Notes: generated by a model not told the origin, from the letters alone. DNA of 64,000 bases from Parasphingorhabdus sp. (GCA_047615875.1 JBLHGU010000002.1:649-64648), one strand, 5' to 3'. Shown: positions 21,293-30,726, counted from the first letter of the stretch. Numbers and translations: made by a program.

Positions 21293-23479
21293 CTACGGCG
21301 CACTTAAATCATTACATCCCGGGGCGATAGAGCCTCCTGTTAACGTTGGTGTGGTGCCTGTAAGACTGGACATTGCAGCGCCGGAACAGGCCACGCTATG
21401 GCCATTCATAATAGTGGAGCTACCCCCAAAATTAATGGCGTTATTAGCCACTTCAGAGTACATCTCGATATTGCCATTGAACTCTACACCGTTACCACGC
21501 ATACGAACCTGCGCCCAGTCACCAAGTTGCAAAGTGCCATTAATACGAGCGCTGTCTTTTATCTCCACGGTGGAAAAATCACCTACGCCCACCGCCTGAT
21601 CTGCGCTGTTAGCACGTCCAAAAGTTGAGTTATTAGACAAATTTAAGTGTGATCCCTGTTCCATAAACAAGTGGTTATTGGTTAGATTTAGCGATGCATT
21701 ATCCCGTAGCGCAATTTGACTTCCGCCAGATAAGAATGCTGAGTTAACCACTGTCAAGATTCCATCGATATGGATGCTGGAGCTTTCTGATCCCTGTAAC
21801 GAATCAACAGTGACATTGTTTTGCACTCCTGCATTCGATCGATAATTAACTGCCAACTCACCACCAATGGAGCTGTTATCACCGATGCCAAGACTAGAGC
21901 CATTATCAACATAGACACTCCCGCCGATGGTGTTATTACCATTCAGACTGCCGTTTGAACTGCCATCGAATCGCAGGATCGGACCGCCACCCCACAAGCC
22001 TGGCACTCCGGCCCCCCAGTTAACAAACTGAGCCATATTCAGGCTGCTACTGGAAGAAATATTAATTGGCCCACCCAGTGTGAGATTATCGCCAAAATCA
22101 AAATTGGAATTATTGTGCACTCTGACTTCGCCAGTAATTTCTCCATTCCAGGCATTTAGACGACAGCCGTCTGTGCAATAAACCTCTCCATCAATTCGGC
22201 CGTTATCACCCACATTTACTTTGCCAGATGAAGCGTTCAATTGGGCTAATGTTAACTCGGCGTTAATGTACAGACTTGAACCCTCTGCACCTAGCTGAGC
22301 CGCCATATTGGTATCCAGATTTAATGTGGCATCTTCGAGCCAGACATTGCAGCTACCAGGGTCGGCTGGGCAAATGAACGTAGAGGTATCACTGAGTCCT
22401 AAAACTGAACCCTCAATTGCAGAGGTATTTTCCACCTTAATCACACTGCCATCTGAAGCAGAAAAAACTGAATTGGTATTCAAATTCAATCCAATTAAAT
22501 TTAACTCGGGCGTGCCACCACTCCAGTTAACAATTTCACCCGTGGAACCATCACTCAATTGCAACTGCTCTGCCGCGAGGCTGCTTTGTAACAATATTCT
22601 GGAACTCGCAGATACGTAGATCTGGCAATTATTCTCGGCTACTGCGCAATCATAACTACCTAAATCGGTTAGATTAAACACGCTTAATGAACCTACATTC
22701 AGATTTCCATTAGCTTTTAACTTACCATCTCGCCCCACGATCGCTTCCGAACGATCGTTAACATTGAGTTCGTTTACCTCAAGAATAGACAGGTTTCCGC
22801 TGTAATTTTCTACCTTCAGAACCGAGCCACTACTAAGCCCCACTTGATTGCCATGGAATCCGGATTGAACCTCAAGGGTTGAATCACTTATCCAGACATT
22901 ACAATTGCCTGGTGATCCCTTACAGCCAAGTAAATAGCCATCATAAAAAGACATCCTGGACTTCAGATCAGCATTCGCACCACCGAACTCAAGTGCACCA
23001 CCACCTTGACCAATAACCTGACTGGCACTAACAGAAAATTCATTCAAAGTTATAGTGCCGCCGTCTTGATAAAATCTGCCGTTATCGGCAACCTGCAAAC
23101 GATTGCCATCAAAATCTGCCGCGATGTTAAGCAGTCCTGTATTGATATAAATGTCGCAGCTACCGGCTCCACCAACGCAGCTCAAACTCGTGCCATTGCG
23201 AACATGCAAATCGCCCTGGTTCACGTTAATCCCAGCAATTGTATGGCTTGAGCCATTTCGCAAAGTCAATGAAGATCGATCACCTACATCTATGCGGGCA
23301 TCAAAACCAGCAACACCTTCCTGACTGCAGTTACGAAAATCAGCAACTCCAGCCGTATAAGTCGAAAGGTTGCCCTTCAAAGAACAATTTCGAAGACTGG
23401 CCTGTGAACTACCGCCTACACTGATATGCCCTTCCATAGATGCATCGTGGATACTTAGCGCGCTGTGCTGATAGATCAA
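21293..23479 (-). CDS. Gly/Ser/Asn-rich beta-solenoid-like surface protein, probably 5'-truncated
   Basis: 728-aa open frame with four C-x6-C repeats; no signal peptide; TTG start two codons after a stop at the transposon end. Confidence 0.65.
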   Translation of the reverse strand: MIYQHSALSIHDASMEGHISVGGSSQASLRNCSLKGNLSTYTAGVADFRNCSQEGVAGFDARIDVGDRSSLTLRNGSSHTIAGINVNQGDLHVRNGTSLSCVGGAGSCDIYINTGLLNIAADFDGNRLQVADNGRFYQDGGTITLNEFSVSASQVIGQGGGALEFGGANADLKSRMSFYDGYLLGCKGSPGNCNVWISDSTLEVQSGFHGNQVGLSSGSVLKVENYSGNLSILEVNELNVNDRSEAIVGRDGKLKANGNLNVGSLSVFNLTDLGSYDCAVAENNCQIYVSASSRILLQSSLAAEQLQLSDGSTGEIVNWSGGTPELNLIGLNLNTNSVFSASDGSVIKVENTSAIEGSVLGLSDTSTFICPADPGSCNVWLEDATLNLDTNMAAQLGAEGSSLYINAELTLAQLNASSGKVNVGDNGRIDGEVYCTDGCRLNAWNGEITGEVRVHNNSNFDFGDNLTLGGPINISSSSSLNMAQFVNWGAGVPGLWGGGPILRFDGSSNGSLNGNNTIGGSVYVDNGSSLGIGDNSSIGGELAVNYRSNAGVQNNVTVDSLQGSESSSIHIDGILTVVNSAFLSGGSQIALRDNASLNLTNNHLFMEQGSHLNLSNNSTFGRANSADQAVGVGDFSTVEIKDSARINGTLQLGDWAQVRMRGNGVEFNGNIEMYSEVANNAINFGGSSTIMNGHSVACSGAAMSSLTGTTPTLTGGSIAPGCNDLSAP

Positions 23480-23543
23480 TCTTCAATACAGTCGGCAATA
23501 CAGGGTCGGACCTAATTAAGTCTTAGTAAGTTATTGTTCTTAC

Positions 23544-24329
23544 TCAAATTGAATTCCATAAAAGCATGTTATTAGAGCTTAAACTACTATTTTCAAGGCT
23601 ATTATCGACGGTGTAAGAAGCTGACGTTTCACGCAATATATATTTGTCACCGACTATGGTTTTCGACCGGTGATCAGCCCTTTTGCCGAGCGAAGCTTGT
23701 ACTCCACCAACAAAGTCCTCGCTGCCCACAGCCAGACTTTCGCTCCAGGTTGGGTCTCGCCCTGTATTATTTCGTGCCAGTTCGTCCGTTAGCCATTGCC
23801 GGTGGTGATGTTGTAATTTGTGAGTATCATTAATATCCGCTAGCTCCATCAATGATGGCAAATCAACGATGCGATAACGCTTGGATGGATGCTGAATTTC
23901 CTGGTAGCCGCCGTGCTGCCATTCTGAGGGGTGTTTAACCACTCCCGCTCTAACCATATTAAGATCGATATAAACTAGACATTTTAGAAAATGAGCGTCC
24001 GATGCGACCGCTGTAGCATGATAGCGATCTTCCCAAAACGCACCTTTGCGACCCTTACGAAGATTGTATTCCTGCGCTGTACGACCAGCAATGAGCTGCA
24101 GACTTCTTGGGATGGCATTCTTCCCGGTATCCTTCACCAGCAAGTGGATATGATTTGACGTCACAACATAATTAAGAACGCAAAGTCCGTAGCGTTTTTT
24201 TGCTTCAAACAACCAGGCAATCCATCGCGCACGATCCCTGGAAAACTTCAGCAAAAACTCTTTTTTGTGGCAACGATGGGTAATGTGCCAGATGTGACCG
24301 GGTAAAAAATAACGATTTGCACGGGGCAT
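23544..24329 (-). CDS. REP-associated tyrosine (Y1 HUH) transposase
   Basis: MPRANR N-terminus, WHITHRC, SNHIHLL (HUH), FWEDRY, YIDLNMVRAG (catalytic Tyr). Confidence 0.9.
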   Translation of the reverse strand: MPRANRYFLPGHIWHITHRCHKKEFLLKFSRDRARWIAWLFEAKKRYGLCVLNYVVTSNHIHLLVKDTGKNAIPRSLQLIAGRTAQEYNLRKGRKGAFWEDRYHATAVASDAHFLKCLVYIDLNMVRAGVVKHPSEWQHGGYQEIQHPSKRYRIVDLPSLMELADINDTHKLQHHHRQWLTDELARNNTGRDPTWSESLAVGSEDFVGGVQASLGKRADHRSKTIVGDKYILRETSASYTVDNSLENSSLSSNNMLLWNSI

Positions 24330-24416
24330 AGCTTTATCCTTAAAGTGAGTGTTTTTCCCTAAAAATACGATGTTTAAGCTTGAAATGCTAGCTTAATACG
24401 GCTACTAATCCCTAAG

Positions 24417-24429
24417 AATCAATAGGTTA
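24417..24429 (+). promoter_or_regulatory. putative IHF site next to the element end (repeated at 24814-24826)
   Basis: AATCAATAGGTTA matches WATCAANNNNTTR; inverted near-match TAAGTTATTGTTC at 23527-23539. Confidence 0.55.
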
Positions 24430-24444
24430 TATCGGTCCGACCCC

Positions 24445-24726
24445 CTAGATCTCAGTCTTGTTGTATTCCTGCGCTGTACGACCAGCAATGAGCTGCAGAC
24501 TTCTTGGGATGGCATTCTTCCCGGTATCCTTCACCAGCAAGTGGATATGATTCGAAGTCACAACATAATTAAGAACGCAAAGTCCGTAGCGTTTTTTTGC
24601 TTCAAATAACCAGGCAATCCAACGCGCACGATCCCTGGAAAACTTCAGTAAAAACTCTTTTTTGTGGCAACGATGGGTAATGTGCCAGATATGACCGGGT
24701 AAAAAATAACGATTTGCACGGGGCAT
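24445..24726 (-). pseudogene. truncated second copy of the RAYT transposase
   Basis: Protein identical to 23544-24329 up to AQEYN, then stops; catalytic Tyr region missing. Confidence 0.9.
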
Positions 24727-24824
24727 AGCTTTATCCTTAAAGTGATTGTTTTTCCCTAAAAATAACGTGTTTAAGCTTGATATCCTGGCTTAATACGGCT
24801 ACTTCTTCCTAAGAATCAATAGGT

Positions 24825-24893
24825 TACCTCGGTCCGACCCCCTAGATCCATGCGACCCCCTACATCCATGCTACTCGGTCCGACCCCCTAGAT
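24825..24893. repeat. stuttered copies of the element end motif
   Basis: CGACCCCCTAGATCCATG (24835-52), CGACCCCCTACATCCATG (24853-70), CTCGGTCCGACCCCCTAGAT (24874-93). Confidence 0.9.
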
Positions 24894-24911
24894 ATTAAAC
24901 GGTCCATAAAC

Positions 24912-25769
24912 CTATGGAAAACAGGTAGGGAAACTAGCTGAGTTTATAACCCCTAGTAAGTTATAGCTAATAACCGCATTGTTAGCTCCATCAAGATTTG
25001 TCCGTCTTAGTTGCCACTGAAAATTGGTAGCGCTCGCAATTAACCTAACATCTCCGAAAGGACTAGCCCCGGCAGGAAGTGGCGTCCCATTCGCAGAAGT
25101 ATCAGGTAGAATTGCTATCCCCCCGGCGAAAGATAGTTGACCCAAATAGGTATAGGTGCGTTCGGCTACTGTAATAAAAGCGGCATTAAATGAACCACTA
25201 TTAGCAGTATCACTTACCACTATTGTGACATCAAAATCGTAAGGCACCCCATTTACGAGGTCGCCGAAATCATCTATCACGGCGCCTCCTGGTTCCGAAA
25301 TCTCAATATCAAAAGTTGAGCTAAGTGAAGAATAGAGTGTGCCATCATTATTGAAGGTTCCATCGATAGGTGGGCCCGGATTAGCAGCAGTAAACCCAGT
25401 ATTACAAGCAAATGCCGCAGCAGCCGCTACTATCACACCCGCCGCACTAGCATCCCCTCCCCCATTCACACTAGCCTCACCATTCAAACCACCCGTATTC
25501 ACAAACGACCAGGCAACATCATCCCCGGCATTGGTATCGTTTGTATCAGACCAGCTCTGAAAAGCAATCGACCCGGAACTCTGACTATTCTGAATACCGT
25601 TAATCTGGTGGCTCTGATCTAATGCACCGAATGCCTCGGCAGTATCACTGAGCTCTCCCATAGTGGAATCGCGAAGGGTTACAAGACCTACAATCAGGCC
25701 AATAGAGACTACAACAATAACAAATAACAGCTCTGGGGTTGCTATGAACCCCATTTCTCGTTTTCTCAC
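24912..25769 (-). CDS. Flp/type IV pilin-like N-terminus fused to an unknown extracellular domain
   Basis: RKREMG|FIATPELLFVIVVVSIGLIVGLVTLRD..ELSDTAEAFGALDQS; Cys-bounded C-terminal domain. Confidence 0.65.
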   Translation of the reverse strand: MRKREMGFIATPELLFVIVVVSIGLIVGLVTLRDSTMGELSDTAEAFGALDQSHQINGIQNSQSSGSIAFQSWSDTNDTNAGDDVAWSFVNTGGLNGEASVNGGGDASAAGVIVAAAAAFACNTGFTAANPGPPIDGTFNNDGTLYSSLSSTFDIEISEPGGAVIDDFGDLVNGVPYDFDVTIVVSDTANSGSFNAAFITVAERTYTYLGQLSFAGGIAILPDTSANGTPLPAGASPFGDVRLIASATNFQWQLRRTNLDGANNAVISYNLLGVINSASFPTCFP

Positions 25770-26230
25770 CGGACCACCTAAGTTAGTTTTTTAGACCATC
25801 CATGGATTCGAAATAGCAATCATCAATAATTACTGTATGTTCACCAGAACAACATAATCAAGAACTCAAATTAAAGTAAACATTGCGAGTTTGTTAGCAC
25901 AAATTGAATCGAATTATGGAGTTTGATATATGGGTTGGGACGAGTGAATCCCATTAATTCTCTGAATTTATTTTCCATATGATGATGGAATTGATTGCTT
26001 CTATGTTGAGTAGCTGAAGTCAGCTCCTTGAACCAATAAAAAGTTAAGCGAACTAAAATTCCTATGCATCAATCCCTAACCGCACAGGTTAAGATTTGTT
26101 AGGCATCTACTTGTAGATCGAGACCGCGGAAAGAAAAATATCTATCGGCGCCGATGTTTAACAACCTCTGGCAGCGGAAAACCACAGGGTTGTAGGTATC
26201 GTATTTCGAATAGTGGAGTATTGGAAAATA

Positions 26231-26307
26231 TGGTGGCTATGGCTAGATTCGAACTAGCGACCCCATCATTATGAGTGATGTGCTCTAACCAGCTGAGCTA
26301 CATAGCC
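26231..26307 (-). tRNA. tRNA-Met(CAT), elongator type
   Basis: GGCTATGTAGCTCAGCTGGTTAGAGCACATCACTCATAATGATGGGGTCGCTAGTTCGAATCTAGCCATAGCCACCA; full cloverleaf, CCA end. Confidence 0.96.
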
Positions 26308-26386
26308 ATGATGCTTTACAAGCTAAAGGCGTGATGCCTTTGGGGGGCGTGAAATGTACCGTTTTCGATGACGGATCGCAACCCCG

Positions 26387-27478
26387 TTAAACGTTGAATC
26401 GAAAATGTAATATGTCGCCATCCTGAACCAGGTATTCCTTACCTTCCAGACGCAGGCGACCGGCATCTTTCGCGCCCTGCTCGCCTTTATACTGAACATA
26501 ATCGTCGTAGGCCATGGTTTCCGCACGAATAAACCCGCGCTCGAAGTCGGTATGAATAACTGCCGCCGCCTGCGGTGCCTTGGCCCCGTCAGGGAAAGTC
26601 CAGGCACGGACTTCTGTCTTACCAGCGGTAAAATAGGTTCTCAACCCCAGCAGTTCGTAACCGGCCTGGATAATGCGATCAAGGCCGGATTCATCCAGCC
26701 CCATGGCCTCAAGAAACTCACGCCGCTCATCATCATCTAATTCAGATATTTCCTGTTCCACCGCAGCACTCACAACGATTACTCGAGCCCCCTCGGATTC
26801 AGCATGGACTTGCAGCTGATCTACCAGGTCATTGCCATCCAGCTCGTCTTCTGAGACATTGGCTACATACATAACCGGCTTCATGGTCAACAAGCACAGT
26901 GGTTTTAGCCGGGCGCGATCATTGTCGTCGACATCCAGAGTACGGGCGGTATTGCCGGCATCCAGATGCAATTGCATTCTTTCGAAAAGGTTTTTCAGGG
27001 CAATTTGTTCTTTGTCGCCAGCCTTTGAGCCTTTGGTTGCACGATCCACCGCTCGGGAAGTGGTATCCATGTCTGCCAGAACTAGTTCAGTGTCAATGGT
27101 TTCGACATCAGCCAATGGATCGACTTTATTGGCCACATGCGTCACGTCATCGTTTATGAAGGCGCGCACCACATGAGCGATGGCATCCACTTCGCGAATA
27201 TGCGCGAGAAATTTGTTACCTAGCCCTTCACCTTTTGATGCACCCGCAACCAGTCCGGCGATATCAACAAATTCAATAACAGTCGGTATGGTCTTGGCAG
27301 GATCGGCGATGGCAGAGATTTCCCATAGCCTCGGATCTGGAACTTCCACGATGCCAGTATTGGGCTCAATGGTGCAAAAGGGATAGTTTTGCGCATCGAC
27401 ACCTGAACGAGTCAGGGCGTTAAACAAAGTTGATTTTCCTACGTTGGGCAAGCCAACGATTCCGCAGCGAAATCCCAT
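26387..27478 (-). CDS. ychF: ribosome-binding ATPase YchF
   Basis: GLPNVGKS, NYPFCTIEPN, DIAGLV, GEGLGNKFL. Confidence 0.97.
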   Translation of the reverse strand: MGFRCGIVGLPNVGKSTLFNALTRSGVDAQNYPFCTIEPNTGIVEVPDPRLWEISAIADPAKTIPTVIEFVDIAGLVAGASKGEGLGNKFLAHIREVDAIAHVVRAFINDDVTHVANKVDPLADVETIDTELVLADMDTTSRAVDRATKGSKAGDKEQIALKNLFERMQLHLDAGNTARTLDVDDNDRARLKPLCLLTMKPVMYVANVSEDELDGNDLVDQLQVHAESEGARVIVVSAAVEQEISELDDDERREFLEAMGLDESGLDRIIQAGYELLGLRTYFTAGKTEVRAWTFPDGAKAPQAAAVIHTDFERGFIRAETMAYDDYVQYKGEQGAKDAGRLRLEGKEYLVQDGDILHFRFNV

Positions 27479-27482
27479 AGAT

Positions 27483-28067
27483 TCAGGACCGAGTGTGTAA
27501 AACGTTCATAGCAAGCTGGAATTTACCAGCCAAAATATCAGGCATAACAGGAAGGCAGTCGATGAGGGCATCGTCAATGGCTTTGCGGTCGTGGAGACTT
27601 GGTCGGGCCAGTACATACCCAACCACTCGGCTTGCCGAGCCCGGATGACCAATACCAATGCGCAAACGATGGAAATCACGACTACCCAGATGTGAAACCA
27701 TGTCTCTCAGGCCATTATGACCTCCATGGCCACCGCCAAACTTAAGTCGCAGCGAGCCAGCAGGCAGGTCCAGTTCATCATGCAGAACCAGAATCTGCTC
27801 GGGAGGTATTTTGTAAAACCCAGCACAAGCGGCGACGGACTCACCACTTCGATTCATGAAGGTCGTGGGCTTCAACAAGCTGACCTTGCGGCCATCCACT
27901 AGCGCCTGATCATGGCCGCCTCGGAACTTCTGTTGGATGGAAAGCCTGGCAAAATAATTTGCAGCTATCTGGTCTAGTAACCAGAAACCCGTATTGTGAC
28001 GGGTGTGCTCGTATTCAGCGCCAGGATTTCCCAGTCCTACGACCAACCGAACAGGTTGGTCAGGCAT
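27483..28067 (-). CDS. pth: peptidyl-tRNA hydrolase
   Basis: GLGNPG, TRHNTG, HDELD, GGHNGLR. Confidence 0.97.
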   Translation of the reverse strand: MPDQPVRLVVGLGNPGAEYEHTRHNTGFWLLDQIAANYFARLSIQQKFRGGHDQALVDGRKVSLLKPTTFMNRSGESVAACAGFYKIPPEQILVLHDELDLPAGSLRLKFGGGHGGHNGLRDMVSHLGSRDFHRLRIGIGHPGSASRVVGYVLARPSLHDRKAIDDALIDCLPVMPDILAGKFQLAMNVLHTRS

Positions 28068-28073
28068 TGTTAC

Positions 28074-28718
28074 CTAGCTTTCCGCGGCGGTATCGCCAGC
28101 AGCAGCATCGTCACCTTCACCTGCGGCAGTATCATCGCTTTGCACTTTCGGTGCCAATACAGCAACAACTGTATGATCGCCGCCCTCATGGGATAGTGAA
28201 GTAATTTCGACGCCTTCTGGGACAGCAAGATCAGATAAATGCAGGGATTCATTTAAATTCAAAGCAGATACATCTACTTCCAGATATTCTGGCAAGTCTT
28301 TAGGCAAACAGCTAACGTCAACTTCGTTTAGCAGATGAGAAATGATACCACCATCATTCTTAACACCAGGGCAAACATCGTCGCCAACGAAATGCAGCGG
28401 TACATTCATGTGCATTTTATCGGTCGCTCTAACACGCTGAAAATCCACATGCATCACCCTTGGCTTGTAGGGATGCATCTGCACTTCACGCAAAATAACC
28501 TGCTCTGATTTAGAACCAGATTTCAGATCGATGATTGCCGCGTGGAAGCCTTCTTCCGCTAGCTGATGCATTAAAACATCATGCTCCAGGGTTACTAATG
28601 TATTGTCTTTACCCGAACCATAAACAACTGCGGGCACGCGGTTGGCATGACGCAAACGACGACTATCGCTAGTGCCGGTGGTTTCGCGTAATTCCGCGTT
28701 AACTTGGTATTCACTCAT
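28074..28718 (-). CDS. rplY: 50S ribosomal protein L25/Ctc
   Basis: SRRLR, VPAVVYG, HVDFQR; long Ctc form. Confidence 0.95.
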   Translation of the reverse strand: MSEYQVNAELRETTGTSDSRRLRHANRVPAVVYGSGKDNTLVTLEHDVLMHQLAEEGFHAAIIDLKSGSKSEQVILREVQMHPYKPRVMHVDFQRVRATDKMHMNVPLHFVGDDVCPGVKNDGGIISHLLNEVDVSCLPKDLPEYLEVDVSALNLNESLHLSDLAVPEGVEITSLSHEGGDHTVVAVLAPKVQSDDTAAGEGDDAAAGDTAAES

Positions 28719-28799
28719 GATCTTGCTCCGATATACACGCCCGCAAAGGGCGCAGTCTTATAAATAACTACAGGCCCGGTTAGGCCAAATATTTTTCTG

Positions 28800-29750
28800 T
28801 CAGTCCATAAACAGGGTGCTGACAGAATCTGACGCCGAAACCCGACGCATCGATTCGGCTAACAATTCTGCAATACTAATCTGCCGGATTTTTTCACAGG
28901 CAGCGGCAGCTGCACTTAACGGTATGGAATTCGTTACGACGACTTCATCCAGTTCCGACTCTTGAATATTCTGCACTGCCCGACCGGAAAGTACCGGATG
29001 GGTAGCACATGCCATTACCCCTACGGCTCCCCGCGCTTTAAGCGCAGAAGCCGCCTGACAAAGGGTATTGGCGGTATCCACCATGTCATCCATCAATACA
29101 CAACTTCGTCCTTCTACCTCACCGATTATGTGCATCACCTTGGCTTCATTGGCCTTGGGACGCCGCTTATCGATTATGGCAAGTTCGGCACCTAGCTGCT
29201 TGGCCATCGCCCTGGCTCGCACAACACCGCCTACATCCGGAGATACAACCAACAGGTTTTCCGGTTGTTTGCGCCAAAGCTCAGTCAACAAAACCGGCGA
29301 GCCGTATATGTTGTCTGATGGAATGTCAAAAAAACCCTGAATCTGATCTGCATGCAAATCCATGGTTAACACCCTGTTTGCCCCGGCCACACCAATCATC
29401 TGGGCGACCAATTTAGCACTTATTGCTACTCGGGCAGTTCGCGGCCTGCGATCCTGTCTCGCATAACCATAGTATGGCACCACAGCAGTAATTCTTGCAG
29501 CAGATGCCCGGCGCAGTGCATCCATCATCACCAGTAATTCCATTAAATTATCATTACTGGGGACACAGGTAGGCTGAATCACAAAGACATCCCGCCCGCG
29601 AACATTCTCCATAATTTCCACGTTAACTTCACCATCGCTGAACTTGTCAACAACAGCTCTGCCCATAGGCAGCCCGAGATATCTCACGACCTCCTCAGCT
29701 AAAGCAGGATTGGCATTACCGGTAAATACGGCCATGTTGTCAATAGACAC
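28800..29750 (-). CDS. prs: ribose-phosphate pyrophosphokinase
   Basis: [29 protein letters not shown]. Confidence 0.97.
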   Translation of the reverse strand: MSIDNMAVFTGNANPALAEEVVRYLGLPMGRAVVDKFSDGEVNVEIMENVRGRDVFVIQPTCVPSNDNLMELLVMMDALRRASAARITAVVPYYGYARQDRRPRTARVAISAKLVAQMIGVAGANRVLTMDLHADQIQGFFDIPSDNIYGSPVLLTELWRKQPENLLVVSPDVGGVVRARAMAKQLGAELAIIDKRRPKANEAKVMHIIGEVEGRSCVLMDDMVDTANTLCQAASALKARGAVGVMACATHPVLSGRAVQNIQESELDEVVVTNSIPLSAAAAACEKIRQISIAELLAESMRRVSASDSVSTLFMD

Positions 29751-29794
29751 TTCAAACCCTCTGAACTTAGCGTAAAACTAGTAAATGGTACGGA

Positions 29795-29871
29795 TGGCTG
29801 GGGTGCCAGGATTCGAACCTGGGAGTGCCGGAATCAAAATCCGGTGCCTTAGGCCACTTGGCTACACCCCA
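29795..29871 (-). tRNA. tRNA-Gln(TTG)
   Basis: TGGGGTGTAGCCAAGTGGCCTAAGGCACCGGATTTTGATTCCGGCACTCCCAGGTTCGAATCCTGGCACCCCAGCCA; usual ispE-tRNA-Gln-prs position. Confidence 0.96.
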
Positions 29872-30714
29872 TCACGGTTTGCTTACTAACGATTCATAAA
29901 GTGGATGACGATTTACAGCTCTGGCCACAAAACCTGACCACTCGGTCGGCATCATAGCAAGAATTCGCTCACCTGCTCCAGAATCAGGTACGGCAACAAA
30001 AACAGCCGCACCACTACCCGACATTCTGGCATGACCAAAATTACCCAGCCATCGACAGACTTTATCGACCTCTGGGTATAATCGCCGGGTAACTGCCTCC
30101 AGATCATTTCGGGACCTGTTTGCAGAAAAGTCGCGTATTCTGATCTCGGGCGTGTTTCGTGTCAATTGCATATCGCAGAAAATATCCACAGTATTGACAT
30201 GTATCTGCGGCTTTACCACACAATACCACCCTTCGTCGGGACTAAAGGCAGAAAATTGATCGCCAATTCCCTCAGCCCAGGCAGCCCGACCATATACAAA
30301 AACAGGTACATCGGCGCCCAATTGACTTCCAATTTCCTGTAGTTGGACTCGGGTTAAGCCTGTTTTCCACAATTTATTCAGAACCAGCAACGTGGTGGCT
30401 GCATCTGAACTTCCTCCACCAAGACCCGCACCACTGGGTAAATTCTTCTGAATGGATATTTTCACCCCGCCTGCCACTTGAGCAAAGGTTTTCAGTTTCC
30501 TGGCAGCCTTAACCGTCAGATCTTCAACCGGCAGTTCAGGATTTGTAAGTCGCTGAACTGTGGATTCTTCAGTAACTTCAAATTTTAGCCAGTCGCAGTA
30601 ATCCATAAATTGATAGGCTGTTTGCAACTCATGATAGCCATCCGCACGCCTGCCCGTTACATGTAAAAACAGATTGATTTTCGCCGGAGCTGGCCACCAT
30701 TTACTTTCAGACAT
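29872..30714 (-). CDS. ispE: 4-diphosphocytidyl-2-C-methyl-D-erythritol kinase
   Basis: PAKINLFL, GAGLGGGSSDAA, GADVP, MSGSG. Confidence 0.96.
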   Translation of the reverse strand: MSESKWWPAPAKINLFLHVTGRRADGYHELQTAYQFMDYCDWLKFEVTEESTVQRLTNPELPVEDLTVKAARKLKTFAQVAGGVKISIQKNLPSGAGLGGGSSDAATTLLVLNKLWKTGLTRVQLQEIGSQLGADVPVFVYGRAAWAEGIGDQFSAFSPDEGWYCVVKPQIHVNTVDIFCDMQLTRNTPEIRIRDFSANRSRNDLEAVTRRLYPEVDKVCRWLGNFGHARMSGSGAAVFVAVPDSGAGERILAMMPTEWSGFVARAVNRHPLYESLVSKP

Positions 30715-30726
30715 CGAACAACTCTG

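Larger units (their letters stand above)
23503..24445 (-). mobile_element. RAYT/IS200-like element bounded by inverted GGGTCGGACC motifs
   Basis: GGGTCGGACC at 23503-23512 and GGTCCGACCC at 24434-24443 flank the HUH transposase gene. Confidence 0.72.
24064..24848. repeat. tandem near-duplicate, 397-bp period (24064-24451 vs 24461-24848)
   Basis: Direct alignment by eye: covers the transposase 5' third, its upstream region and the end motif. Confidence 0.95.

Noticed and set aside
24825-24893. Short direct repeats as a possible CRISPR array
   Set aside because: Units are adjacent or irregularly spaced with no unique ~30-bp spacers, there are no cas genes, and they match the transposon end motif.
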